This document shows positions 1-11,219 of a DNA stretch of 64,000 nucleotides, one piece after another. A program made the translations under genes and the position numbers. The DNA lies in assembly GCF_018350175.1 (NCBI RefSeq), contig NC_058385.1, forward strand, positions 11,470,001-11,534,000, in the 5' to 3' direction. How positions within the stretch are numbered: the first letter of the stretch is position 1; every line of letters starts with the position of its first letter. The notes below the pieces were generated by a model that was not told the origin of the DNA, did no database searches, and was given only the letters and a program-made list of their open reading frames with translations. The stretch is from Felis catus (Eukaryota).

Positions 1-1316
1 TAGAACTCTTACAAAAATATCCTGTGACTGTCTACTAAATCACCAGCTGAAAAGAAAGCTTCCTTCGTTTCTGAAACAGTAGGATAAAGGACAGAGAGGA
101 CATGTAACATTATTCTTAACGAGAAGCTTGTTCTGTCTCTAACATGTAAATGTTTACTCAGTGCCCTGGGAAATGGTTCTAGAATGCCAAGGTGTTGACA
201 AATTGCTAGGGACTCTGCTAAGCGCCCTCATTAGCTTAAGCTCAGATACAGTACCTCGCAAAGCACCCCCCCACGTTTCCCAATTTGTCAGCAGGAGATC
301 TGCCGTACAGCAAGCCATCACTTTTCCCAGTCCGGAGCAAAAACAGCTGGGAAGATGCAAAGGCATGATGGCACTTGATCTGTGACTAAATTAAGCAGGA
401 TGGGACAGCTGTGCCTTTCGCAACTGCAAAACAGTCAGCAAGCACTCAGCACTCACAGAAGCTGGGTCTCCTCTTCTGTGCACCTAATCATCCTTGTTTC
501 TGGGCTACCTTACCACCATCCCTTTATTTAATTCTCCGTCTTACCTTCCACCACCTCCAGTCTTGTTTCCATTCAACTCCCTTTGTTCGTTAATTCGACA
601 ACTGTTAGACACCATTTGCCAAAGAGATTTACACACACTGTTTCACTTAATTCTGACCAAGGTCCCAGGACACATTACTATTTCATTTAATAAATGGAAA
701 AAAAAGGAAGTTCAAAGACCTTGAGAAACTCGCTCACATAAATGACTGCCGGCAAGTGGCACAGTCCGTATTCAGACCCAGACCCGTGAGACCCCAAAGT
801 CATTGTCTTCTCCTTCTGTGATGTTCTACTGCATTTCAAGGAAAATAAAAATTACAAAGGAGTTCCTTTTTTTGTCAAATGATTTCATGTAATTAAATAA
901 ATTTGTTGAATTGATGTTTTTTGGTCAAGAGTATCTTGATTGAGGGTAAAGCCACATTAATGGATTCTTGACCTCATGGACTTACCATTATACCAAAACA
1001 CAATGCAGAGGGTGAGAAGGGAGAGCAAAAGAGAAATATTTGCCTTTTTTTCAGCGGATGGTGGAGAAAACAAACAGAAAATGGGCCCTCAATTTGAATT
1101 TCTACCTCACAGAGATGCTCTCTGAACCCCAACTGAGTAAGAAACCTCATGCCCCACCCACCCTCGGCTCCCCAACTCAAAGCCTTTGCTCCTGAGGTCT
1201 CCTTGCCCTTACATCCTCCCCACACCCTGGGCTTTGATTTCTACTTCTCTGGTCTATCACACTGTGTTCTCCCACAATGGCATCTACCATGATGCTTACA
1301 TGCTCAGCAAATTTTT

Positions 1317-1537
1317 TTTTTAATTTTTTTTTCAACGTTTTTATTTATTTTTGGGACAGAGAGAGACAGAGCATGAACGGGGGAGGGGCAGAGAGAGAGG
1401 GAGACACAGAATCGGAAACAGGCTCCAGGCTCTGAGCCATCAGCCCAGAGCCTGACGCGGGGCTCGAACTCACGGACCGCGAGATCGTGACCTGGCTGAA
1501 GTCGGACGCTTAACCGACTGCGCCACCCAGGCGCCCC
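1317..1537 (-). mobile_element. Young feline CanSINE (SINEC_Fc type)
   Basis: Near-consensus body with CT tract and A-tail; TSD gctcagcaaattttt at 1302-1316 and 1538-1552. Confidence 0.97.
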
Positions 1538-2959
1538 GCTCAGCAAATTTTTTATTGAAAGAACAATCTTCTCAAGACGGATATCCTAAGGACACATTAC
1601 ATAAACTATGGTTCACATTAGATAACTCAGTCATGGTCAAAGTGGCATCAGTGAGGAGGTGTTGGGAGAGGAGACAGGGCAGTCAGAAAACAAAAACTCA
1701 TCTTCTTACTCTCTCAAACTATTTTTAATGGTAATAATTATTTATTCTGAATCTCACAAAAGAAGGCCATGAAATTTACACTTGCTTTATCAAACTGGGG
1801 AATGGAAATCATTTTACTTCTCTGTGCTTCAATTTTTTCATCTTCAGAGCAGGAAAAGTAATCTTGCCTATAAGGACTGAGTAAGATCTTCCCTACTAAC
1901 ATACTGAGGACATATCTGGCACATAGTAATCACTCAAAAGAAGTAGTTTTATCATTGTCAGTATTGTTAGTATTGGTATATTTTCAATTTTAACTACCTT
2001 GAGAGTATCTCTGAGCCTCAGTTTCTCACCTGTGTGTAATTTGTGCACAACCTTTCATATTCCTTCCAGATATTAACTTCTAAGATTTAAAGTCTCTCAA
2101 TATTTATATATTTCAAATTATCCCAGAATTAAATAAGAATCTCAGGCTCCTAATATTTTCTTCTACCACAGATTATATATTTATATGACAATTTTATGTG
2201 TATATTTCTATGAATGAGTGTGTGGTGTGGAATAGAATAGTTTGACCCCACTAAAACTTATTTTTTACAACATTCTAAAGCAACAATCCAAACCTTTGGC
2301 ATACTAAAAATATTTTTGTTTGGTTTTAATCTGATAGTCCATTGTTTGAAAGAAATCACTTTCAGAGAAAATTTAAATAAGATGTGCTCTCACCAATAGT
2401 TATTGCCTTCCTGAGATATTTTGAAATTCTAACTTTTTTATGGTTCTTTAAAGTAAATAACACTAAATTTAACCCAAAATCCAATATGTTGATATGAAAA
2501 AGTAATTTTTGATATACCATCACTTTTCTCTTGTTCTTAAAATAAGGTATTTTCAGCTTATCTATTTTCAAATAGTTCCTAAATAATAGTTTGCTTTGGA
2601 TGATTGACTATAGGAATTTTGCCCATACAATACCTCCAAAGCATGACATTTTAAATCACATACTCCTTTCACTTGTGATGTTTAAAGTGAATTTCGTAGC
2701 GTTACACATTTTATCACTTGAAGATGGAATAAGATATTTACATGGGTTCCATCTCTACCTCCACAATTGAAAAAGTATGGCCAAGTCTTATTAAAAGCAT
2801 GCCTGCTTGGCTATTGAAGCTGAAAAGCAATACAGAAGAATGGTCTTAAATATACACGTTCAAGGGCGCACGCATGGAAATCAAGTTCCAGTGATGTAGG
2901 ATGGCATACAGATCTTCCTTCTATGTGACTTTTCAGAGATCTCTGGGAGAACGTATTCA

Positions 2960-3330
2960 GTTGACTCCCCACCCCTGCACGGTACCACCCTCTTGCTTCT
3001 ACCTCCCTGCCTCCCTGCCTTCTCAGTCACCTTTACTGGCCTCTCTTCCTTCAGCTTTTCCAGAAGCCTGCCAGTGAGCCCCCAAGTCCAGTCCTTGCCC
3101 CTTCTTTCATTCTAAATATTCTCTAGGCCCCCTCAAACGCTGGCCTGGCTTCCACCACCACTTCTGCGGTAATGAACTCCAAAACAGCATCTCTTGTCCA
3201 TGCATCTGTCATGAGCGTCAGCTCTGTACAACCCATGCCCTACTAGACATTTCAATAAATGCAGCCCCCAGGCGAGCCAAGTTCCACACGTCTGAAACCA
3301 CCTCGGTGTCTTTCCCTCAAGGTTACATCC
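2960..3330 (+). mobile_element. L2 LINE fragment
   Basis: Pyrimidine-rich L2-like text (ctcagtcacctttactggcctctcttcc...gacatttcaataaatgcagcccc). Confidence 0.6.
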
Positions 3331-3531
3331 TGGTATTATATGGCCCATCTTGTTAATGACGCTAAATTTCTTTGTCCTCAGTTTCCTCGTTTTAACAATT
3401 AAAAATCTGAATTTAGTATCCTGTAAACCTGTGAATCTTTGAGACAAGAATGAGAAGATAAAGCATCCATGGGAAACGCGGCACATCAACAAGCTGACGA
3501 ATGAAATAGAAGATATCTAAAAGAAACAGTC

Positions 3532-3770
3532 AGGGTGCTGGGTGGCTCAGTCAGTTAAGCTTCGGTTCCGTCTGACTTCGGTTCAGGTCATGATCTCCCA
3601 GTTCATGGGTTCAAGCTCCATGTCCGGCTTTGTGCTGACAGCTTGGACCCTGGAGCCTGCTTCAGATTCTGTCTCCCTCTTACTCTGCCCCTCCCCTGCT
3701 GTGCTCTGTGTGTGTGTGTGTGTGTGTGTGTGTCTAAAAAAATAAATTAATTAATTAAATAAAAAAAAAA
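3532..3770 (+). mobile_element. CanSINE (older feliform type) with (TG)n expansion at 3706-3733
   Basis: gggtgctgggtggctcagtcagttaagc head, ctgtgctgacagc core, A-rich tail. Confidence 0.93.
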
Positions 3771-3799
3771 TAATGGCTTTTGGGGAAAAAATAGAAGAA

Positions 3800-4450
3800 A
3801 AATAAAAGTACTCAAATCTCTATCAATTGAACAGTATTACATGATTTAAACTTAGAAGAGCAATAGAATGGAGAAAAGAGAGGCAGAGATCTGCAAGATG
3901 CGTGCAAGAAAGCGTCAGGTAGCTTAGACTGTATAGAATAGAGGTGGCATGTTGGGAGGATTTAGGAAATAAATATCAGTTATGTGGGGCCAGGCTGGGA
4001 AAGGCCTTGAAAACTGCAGACGAGCTTGGCCTTAATGTGATTGGCAGCCCAGCAACATTACAGTGTATTGTGAGGAATCACTATGAGAAGGGGTGACTGG
4101 ACAGCAGGCTGTAAGATGGCCGAGAAGGGAAGAAAACGGACGGGACACTTGGTAAGAGGTTAGCGGCCTGTGCAGGCTTGAATCCCAGGTCAGCCACCTG
4201 ACTCCACGTATGCCCTCTCAGCCTCAGTTCCTTCTCTGTGAAACGGAGTGTAGGGACGAGGTGGAGGGAAGGCCGTGGAAGTAACTGTCAGCTCCTGTTG
4301 TGGTTTTAAAGGCATAAAGTATGTGATACAGGCATGGGCAAGGTGGCAATGTGGCTGAGCGGAGGTCGCATCTGGGAGGTGCTTTGCAGGGGACAATATC
4401 AAGCCTGAATGCAAGAGGAAGAAATGGAAAATGTAAATCTCATGCTAGTA
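3800..4450 (-). mobile_element. L2 LINE fragment
   Basis: Purine-rich reverse-L2 pattern (gaaaggccttgaaaactgcagacgagcttggccttaatgtgattggcag). Confidence 0.6.
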
Positions 4451-5389
4451 GCAGGGAAACTTAAAAGAATTACTGAACCTTAGCGAAAATCTGGATCAAT
4501 TGGGAAGGGAATTTTGCCTGATAGAAAGAGTACATGGTACATGGTCACACTACCGGTCACCTTAGTTGGCTAAGTCATTGGATCATGGGTCATTTTATCA
4601 CGTTTTGCAAACAGAGATATTTGGGAGAATAGAAGCCACTCATATAATCCTAAAATGAGAGAATAATGGTAGTTCCAGCTAGAAAATGCTGAACAAGTTA
4701 ATTTTTTACAAGTTTACTTGTAAGTTGGCATTTAATATTTCATTGGTTTTGCATATGGCCTCAGCTACATCATGTCAAAAACTCGGCACTTGACCCATTC
4801 CAGATAAATTCCTAAGGCCTTTCAGCTTTTGAAAACAAAGGGTAACATAAGCTTAGGACAAACTTCATCAGGCACCAAATCATGCCTAAATAAAGAGGAA
4901 CTAATTTGCCCTGCAGGGTGGTAGTGAGGGTAGGGGTGTCTATTTAACTGGTATTCCTTAGGTACAGAAAGGGACACCTGAATGCATTGCATTTGGGGGA
5001 TTTGATGTTCAGAGTAAAACACGACCACAGACTTTTCTAGAACTGTGATTTATCCACACACAATCAAGCATAGATTTCAGTGCAAAAGGAACTCACATAA
5101 AAGCAGTGTATAATGACACCAAAAATTGAACTTTGCTTTGGGAATTGCTTTCTATATAAGAGAGACAAAATAGAAAAAAAATATTTGATGTATTTACTAT
5201 CAACACTGCAGTAATAAAACTTCTCTGTGTTTTATAAAATCCATCTCTAAATGATGCATGCAGTAGCTTTTAGATGTGAAATTGTATGTGATTCCAACAT
5301 ATTCAACCTCTCAATTAATATCAGGGTTTGTGAAGTCCTTATTCTAAATAGAGTGCTGCGCTGGACACAGGAATACATCACTGAGCAAG

Positions 5390-6430
5390 AAAGGTACGAG
5401 TTCTGCCCTCAGAGCACTTACATACAATACCACTTGTGAGAGTTTTCAAGTTCAGACAACTTAAGTAGCACCAAAGGCTTTCCTTATAAGACAGCGGTAA
5501 ACTCAAGATCAGAACCCACATCACCTACAGTTGAACATTCTATCAAACATATCATGGCCGTCTAACATTAAAACCAGCTGCACACCAGTCAAGCCCCGGC
5601 CTCTGCAATCTGTCACCTGGTCCACCGCATCCCACCTCCAAGTCCTTCTACCCATGCTCTTCACATTTGTACCACCATCACCCAGTCCTTCTCGCCATAT
5701 GTGTCTACCCCACTACGAGAGCGTCTTCACTGAGTGTTTGACATCTATTCCACCCACACCCACAGATACATTTCTCTATATAGAACCCGAGTGATCTTTC
5801 CAGACAGCATATTCTGATTATGTCACACACCCGTTTCTCATTCCCATGACCGAACCACTGCAAAGCCTGCAGTTTGCTCAGACGATAGAGACCAAACTTT
5901 GTCATATGTTCTACAGGGTATTCTACATCTCCCAGTTTGTCTCACATCTTGTTTCCTCCCTCAGGTCACACTCCAGCCACACTGGGTTTCTAGCATTTTC
6001 TCAGCACACCACATTCTCTTCCATCAGAGGTTGTACACATCGTACACATGCTTTAATCTCTGTGAGAAGCAATTCTTCCATTCTCTCTTTCACCTTGTAA
6101 ACTCGTCTTTCCTTTCCTAGATAGTAGCCCAATCATTACTTGCTTAGCGAGTCTCCCCTGATATCCTAGACAAAGTCAAATCTCATAACACTCATTTGTC
6201 ATAGTTTCAATTTTACACATGTATGTGTGATTACTAATATCCATTGCCCTTACAGGCTTTAGGGTGTTTGAACGGAGCTATACCCCAGATAGCTAGAAAG
6301 TTGCCTGACATATAGTAGGAATTCAAAGATTTGATTCAAATAGAAGACACCGTCTCTGTTTTTCCTCACTATTACATCCCAGTGCCCAACACTCAGTATA
6401 AGATTGCTATTTGTTAAGTAAATAACTAAA
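5390..6430 (+). mobile_element. L2 LINE 3' portion
   Basis: Typical L2 3' text, ending ...cctgacatatagtaggaattcaaagatttg / cagtgcccaacactcagtataagattgctatttgttaag. Confidence 0.7.
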
Positions 6431-7185
6431 TTGACAAATATTTATTAAGATTTAGAAAGGCCAAACAAGAAAAGCATGTCTCTGTCATGCTACTATATCA
6501 CGTCAATATACATTGATAGAAAATATCTACAACATAGTTTTATATGAAAATAAAAGCATTTTAATATGCCATGAACCATAAATATGGCATAAATATGGCA
6601 TCTATATATCTAGATATGGCATGAACCCATTATCTTTTAGAGCTCCATGTAGGGGTGCGTGAGATTAGAAACTTCAGAAGGACATACGGCATCTCAGAGG
6701 GGACAAGAAGGCAGTTTTTATTTTTCATTTTGTCTCTTTCTGGCATTGTCTGAAATCTTAAAAATGCTCATGGGTTCGCTTTACATTCAGATGAAATAGT
6801 AACTATACCTAGTTTTATAAGCGAAGAAGAAAGAAATTTAGAAGACAACAGAACACAAAAATATTTTCAGACATAATTATTCACTCAATAGCTTTGCCAC
6901 TTGGCAGCTTGTCAGAAGAAACTACTTACAGATAGTCTTCGGCATTCAAAACCGAACTCAGAAGCAGCAATGAGCAAAATTGCTGATTATTTCTAAATGC
7001 AAACATATCCTATGAAAACATATGAAGAAATTTAGACAATTCCAATGTAGAAATGACAGGATGAAGGAAAAGAAGAGGTTGCTAATGTTAGGTTTTTGTT
7101 TGAAAAGGACTTCTGGTAGACTTTAACCTTAGAGGAGAAATACATTTTTTGTGTGTATCCTGAAAATGTATAAGTAACACTATCG

Positions 7186-7649
7186 TAGTGCCTCTCAAGA
7201 TGTGGTCTGAGGACTTGTGAGGGTCCCTGGGATCATTTCAGGGCATCTGCACTGTCCAACTTTTTCCAAGCACGCATCTGCATGAGGTTTGATGGCATTC
7301 ATATTCACCAACTGAAATGACATACCGGAACAGAGTAAGTGCGGAAGTAGATACAAGACTCCACCTCTCTTCTTTGGACACAGATATTAAAGCCGTGTGT
7401 CAAATGTAGAATAATGCTCCTCTTCTCACTAACTGTTTTCGCTCAGGAAAATACATTTTTTTAAAAAACGTCATTACTTATGCTAACATATAGTAGGTTA
7501 AATTTTGTTTTTAACCAATAAGTAGTTCACATTTTTGCATATAGTAAATATTAAAAGATATAACCCACATAACCAAGAGGTCTTTGGAGTCCTAAATATA
7601 TATTAAGAATGTAAAGGGTTTCCAAAACCAAAGTATTTGAGAACTGCTA
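7186..7649 (+). mobile_element. hAT-Charlie DNA transposon (Charlie1-like, internally deleted)
   Basis: Terminal inverted repeats (TIRs) tagtgcctctcaa / ttgagaactgcta; degenerate 8-bp TSD cactatcg / cactaata; Charlie1-like subterminal sequences. Confidence 0.8.
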
Positions 7650-7723
7650 CACTAATATAATAGCTATATAACATGTAATTTCCAATAAGCTAAGGGAAAA
7701 AAAGGAAAAAATTCGATCAGGAC

Positions 7724-7936
7724 TTTTTTTTTTTTAATGTTTATTTATTTTTGATAGAAAGAGACAGAGCTTGAGCAGGGGAGGGGGTAGAGAGAGAGGG
7801 AGACACAGAATCGGAAGCAGGCTCTAGGCTCTGAGCTGTGAGCACAGAGCCCACACGGAGCTTAAACTCACGAAATGTGAGATCATGACCTGAGCCGAAG
7901 TTGGATCCTTAACTGACTGAACCACCCAAGTGCCCC
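7724..7936 (-). mobile_element. CanSINE
   Basis: Reverse SINE body; TSD aggactttttt / agggctttttt. Confidence 0.95.
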
Positions 7937-9354
7937 AGGGCTTTTTTTTTTTTTTAAATGACTNNNNNNNNNNNNNNNNNNNNNNNNNNNNNNNNNNNNN
8001 NNNNNNNNNNNNNNNNNNNNNNNNNNNNNNNNNNNNNNNNNNNNNNNNNNNNNNNNNNNNNNNNNNNNNNNNNNNNNNNNNNNNNNNNNNNNNNNNNNNN
8101 NNNNNNNNNNCTCAAACCTTATTCACTTTATAGCTGAAAATTTGTTCAATCAATTCTTTAGAATGCAGAAAAGGGTAAAAAAATAACCCTTAAAAAAGCA
8201 TAGTGAGTGGAAAACACAAAATAAAATGGCAAAAATAAGTCCAAATATATTAATAGAAATAAATATAAAAGGGTTAAATTCACCTATCAAAATATAATGT
8301 CTATTAGAGTTCCACAAAAATAAAATGACACAGAAAAGGTTAAAATAAAGGCAGATAATCACCTAAAGAAAGTCTAGGTTGACAAAACAAAATTTAAGCA
8401 AAAAAAGCAAGAAAAAGGGGCAAAAGGAGCACTTCATGTTGAGAAAAAGAAAGTTCATCAAAAATATATAACGATTATGAATTTGACTATAATTTACAAC
8501 ATACCTCACAATAAGTAGAACAAAAAATAAAAGAATCACAAGAAGAAATGTATACCATAGTAATACTCGGAAAGTTTAAGCGTAATTTTCAAACCAATAC
8601 ATCAAGAGGACAAAATTGACAGAGATTTGAATAACAACTTTAACAAGAAAATAGATCCAGAAATAGATCAGTTCCAAAAAATTAATACCATATGCACCCA
8701 GCCATCGTAAAGTTGATATCATATACACTGTCTCTAACCATAATGCAGTAAAACTGGGAATAAGATCCTGAATTGCACCTTTCCCACTCTTCCAAAAAAA
8801 ACTGTATGAAAAAATTTTTAAAAACTTCAAAATAATTCATTAGTAACAAAAAGTATGTAATTATTAGAACACAAAAATACATAGTAAACATTATGTAATA
8901 TGAATATAGAAATATTTAGAAGTAAATTTCTATTTTAAACTCCTGTATTAGAATATAATAATAATTAAAAATATATGAGTTAAACACTCAACTCAAGGAA
9001 GTAGAAAATAACAGTGAAACAAATTCAAAGAAAAAGAAAGAAGTAAGCATAGATTAAAGAAAATTTTGATGAAATAGAAAACACACAAACATGCACACAT
9101 ATGTACACAAAACAGTGGATATCAGCAGCAACAGATAGGTCAATATTTGATAAAATAAAACAGACAAACTTCTGGCAAGACTCATTCATGAAAATAATAA
9201 CAATAGGAATTGTTAAGACTATTAACAGACTTAATACTTTTACTCAAAGGGGAATAGTGTGGACTAATAGTGGATAACATGTCAGTAAATAGAAACCCAG
9301 CTAAAATGGACAATTTTCTTGGAAATGAAATTTTTGAAAATCTAGTCATAGTCA

Positions 9355-9357
9355 AAA

Positions 9358-9412
<55 letters not shown>

Positions 9413-9413
9413 A
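9355..9413 (+). repeat. (TAAA)n tetranucleotide microsatellite, ~14 units
   Basis: Read directly from the sequence. Confidence 0.98.
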
Positions 9414-10194
9414 ACCTGCAAATAGCTGAATAAGCATTAAAGAAAACTCTCTCTCCAAGACAGTCACGATGCTAAGTATTTTTTTTTACTAAATCTGAGA
9501 GTAATCCAAAATTCTTAACTTACACAAAATGTTCCAGAGAATGGAAATAGAGGAAAGGAATAGAAAAAGAAAAAAAGAATTTTATGAATCCCATCCAACA
9601 GTGTTTCAAAACCTAAGATGTTGCAACAAAGTAGCAAGTATCCCAGGAATTCAAGAACGGTTTAACATTTGGTGATTTATTTGTGTTAATTGTCATATTA
9701 CCATATGGAAAGTGGGGAAAGTCATTCAATTGAAAGTCATTCAATAAATTTAATTCATGATAAAAAAAATCTTAGGAAACATATTTTAGAAGGGAACTTC
9801 AATAGCCAAAAAAGAGGATTCGTCTTATATCTGGCATCATGCTTAATGGGAAAAGTTTTGAAGCAGATATATTAAAGTCAGGCATAGGACCAGGATATCC
9901 ACTGGTACTCCTAATATTCAACATTGCACCAGAGGTACCAGCCATTGTAATAAAATAGAATAAAAAATAAAGAAACAGAAAAACAGTGAAGGAAAAGCCA
10001 ACACTATCTTTACTCACATACAATGTGTTTGTGCAAAAGCCCAGAAGAATCTGCAGGCAAGTTTTAAAATTAGTCTAGGAGTCCAGAAAGATTGCTAGAG
10101 GCAAACAAATGTACACAAATTAATAACATTTCTATATGCCAGCTATATCCAAATAAAAATATAATAACAATATTTCATTTAAAATAGCAATATA

Positions 10195-10470
10195 GGGGCT
10201 CTGGGTGGTTCAGTTGGTTAAGCATCTGACTCTTGATTCCGGCTCAGGTTGTGACCTCATGGTTCATTAGATTGAGCCCCGCATTGGGCTCTGCGCCGAC
10301 AGGGCANNNNNNNNNNNNNNNNNNNNNNNNNNNNNNNNNNNNNNNNNNNNNNNNNNNNNNNNNNNNNNNNNNNNNNNNNNNNNNNNNNNNNNNNNNNNNN
10401 NNNNNNNNNNNNNNNNNNNNNNNNNNNNNNNNNNNNNNNNNNNNNNNTTTAAAAAAGATTTTATTTTTTT
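10195..10470 (+). mobile_element. Older CanSINE, partly in the N-gap 10307-10447
   Basis: ggggctctgggtggttcagttggttaagcatctgactcttgatt head; TSD aaatagcaatata before 10195 and at ~10723-10735. Confidence 0.88.
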
Positions 10471-10486
10471 AAAAATAAAATAAATA

Positions 10487-10712
10487 GGGGCGCCTGGGTG
10501 GCGCAGTCGGTTAAGCGTCCGACTTCAGCCAGGTCACGATCTCGCGGTCCATGAGTTCGAGCCCCGCGTCGGGCTCTGGGCTGATGGCTCAGAGCCTGGA
10601 GCCTGTTTCCGATTCTGTGTCTCCCTCTCTCTCTGCCCCTCCCCCGTTCATGCTCTGTCTCTCTCTGTCCCAAAAATAAATAAACGTTGAAAAAAAAAAT
10701 TAAAAAAAAATA
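10487..10712 (+). mobile_element. Young feline CanSINE nested in the tail of the preceding SINE
   Basis: Near-consensus body; TSD aaaataaaataaatag on both sides. Confidence 0.96.
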
Positions 10713-10789
10713 AAAATAAAATAAATAGCAATATAATCTATAGAGCACCAAGAAAGCCAGAAATTACCTTTACATAATGAGTAGAACCC

Positions 10790-10995
10790 ATGGAGTCAGA
10801 TCAGTTTGGTTTCAATTCATCTCCTTCAATAAGTAGCCTCATGACTTTGGTCAAATTACTCAATCTCTCCAGACTGATTTTTCTCATTTGGAAAATGGGA
10901 ACGATAATTGGCACTTTTCTCAGAGAGTTCATATGAAGATTAAATGAAATAATACATGCAAACTACTCAAAATGATATCTGGCTCAATTTGTGTA
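10790..10995 (+). mobile_element. MIR SINE
   Basis: Core tgactttggtcaaattactcaatctctccagactgatttttctcatttggaaaatggg. Confidence 0.75.
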
Positions 10996-11011
10996 GTAGT
11001 GGTAGCAACAC

Positions 11012-11219
11012 TTTTTTTAGTGTTTATTTATTTTTGAGAGAGACAGAGACAATGCAAGTGGGTTAGGGGCAGAGAGAGAGGGAGACACAGAATCCGAAGC
11101 AGGCTCCAGGCTCTGAGCCATCAGCACAGAGCCCCACGCAGGGCTCAAACTCACAGACCGCGAGATCACGACCTGAGCCGAAGCCAGACCCTCAACCGGC
11201 TGCGCCACCGAGGCGCCCC
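11012..11219 (-). mobile_element. CanSINE
   Basis: Reverse SINE body ending gaggcgcccc. Confidence 0.94.

Noticed and set aside
7724-7936. tRNA-like A/B boxes in SINE heads (this and all other SINEs)
   Set aside because: tRNA-derived SINE promoters; no cloverleaf or acceptor stem, so no tRNA gene is called.
9355-9413. Regular repeats as a CRISPR-like array
   Set aside because: Simple microsatellites without spacers, in a eukaryotic context.
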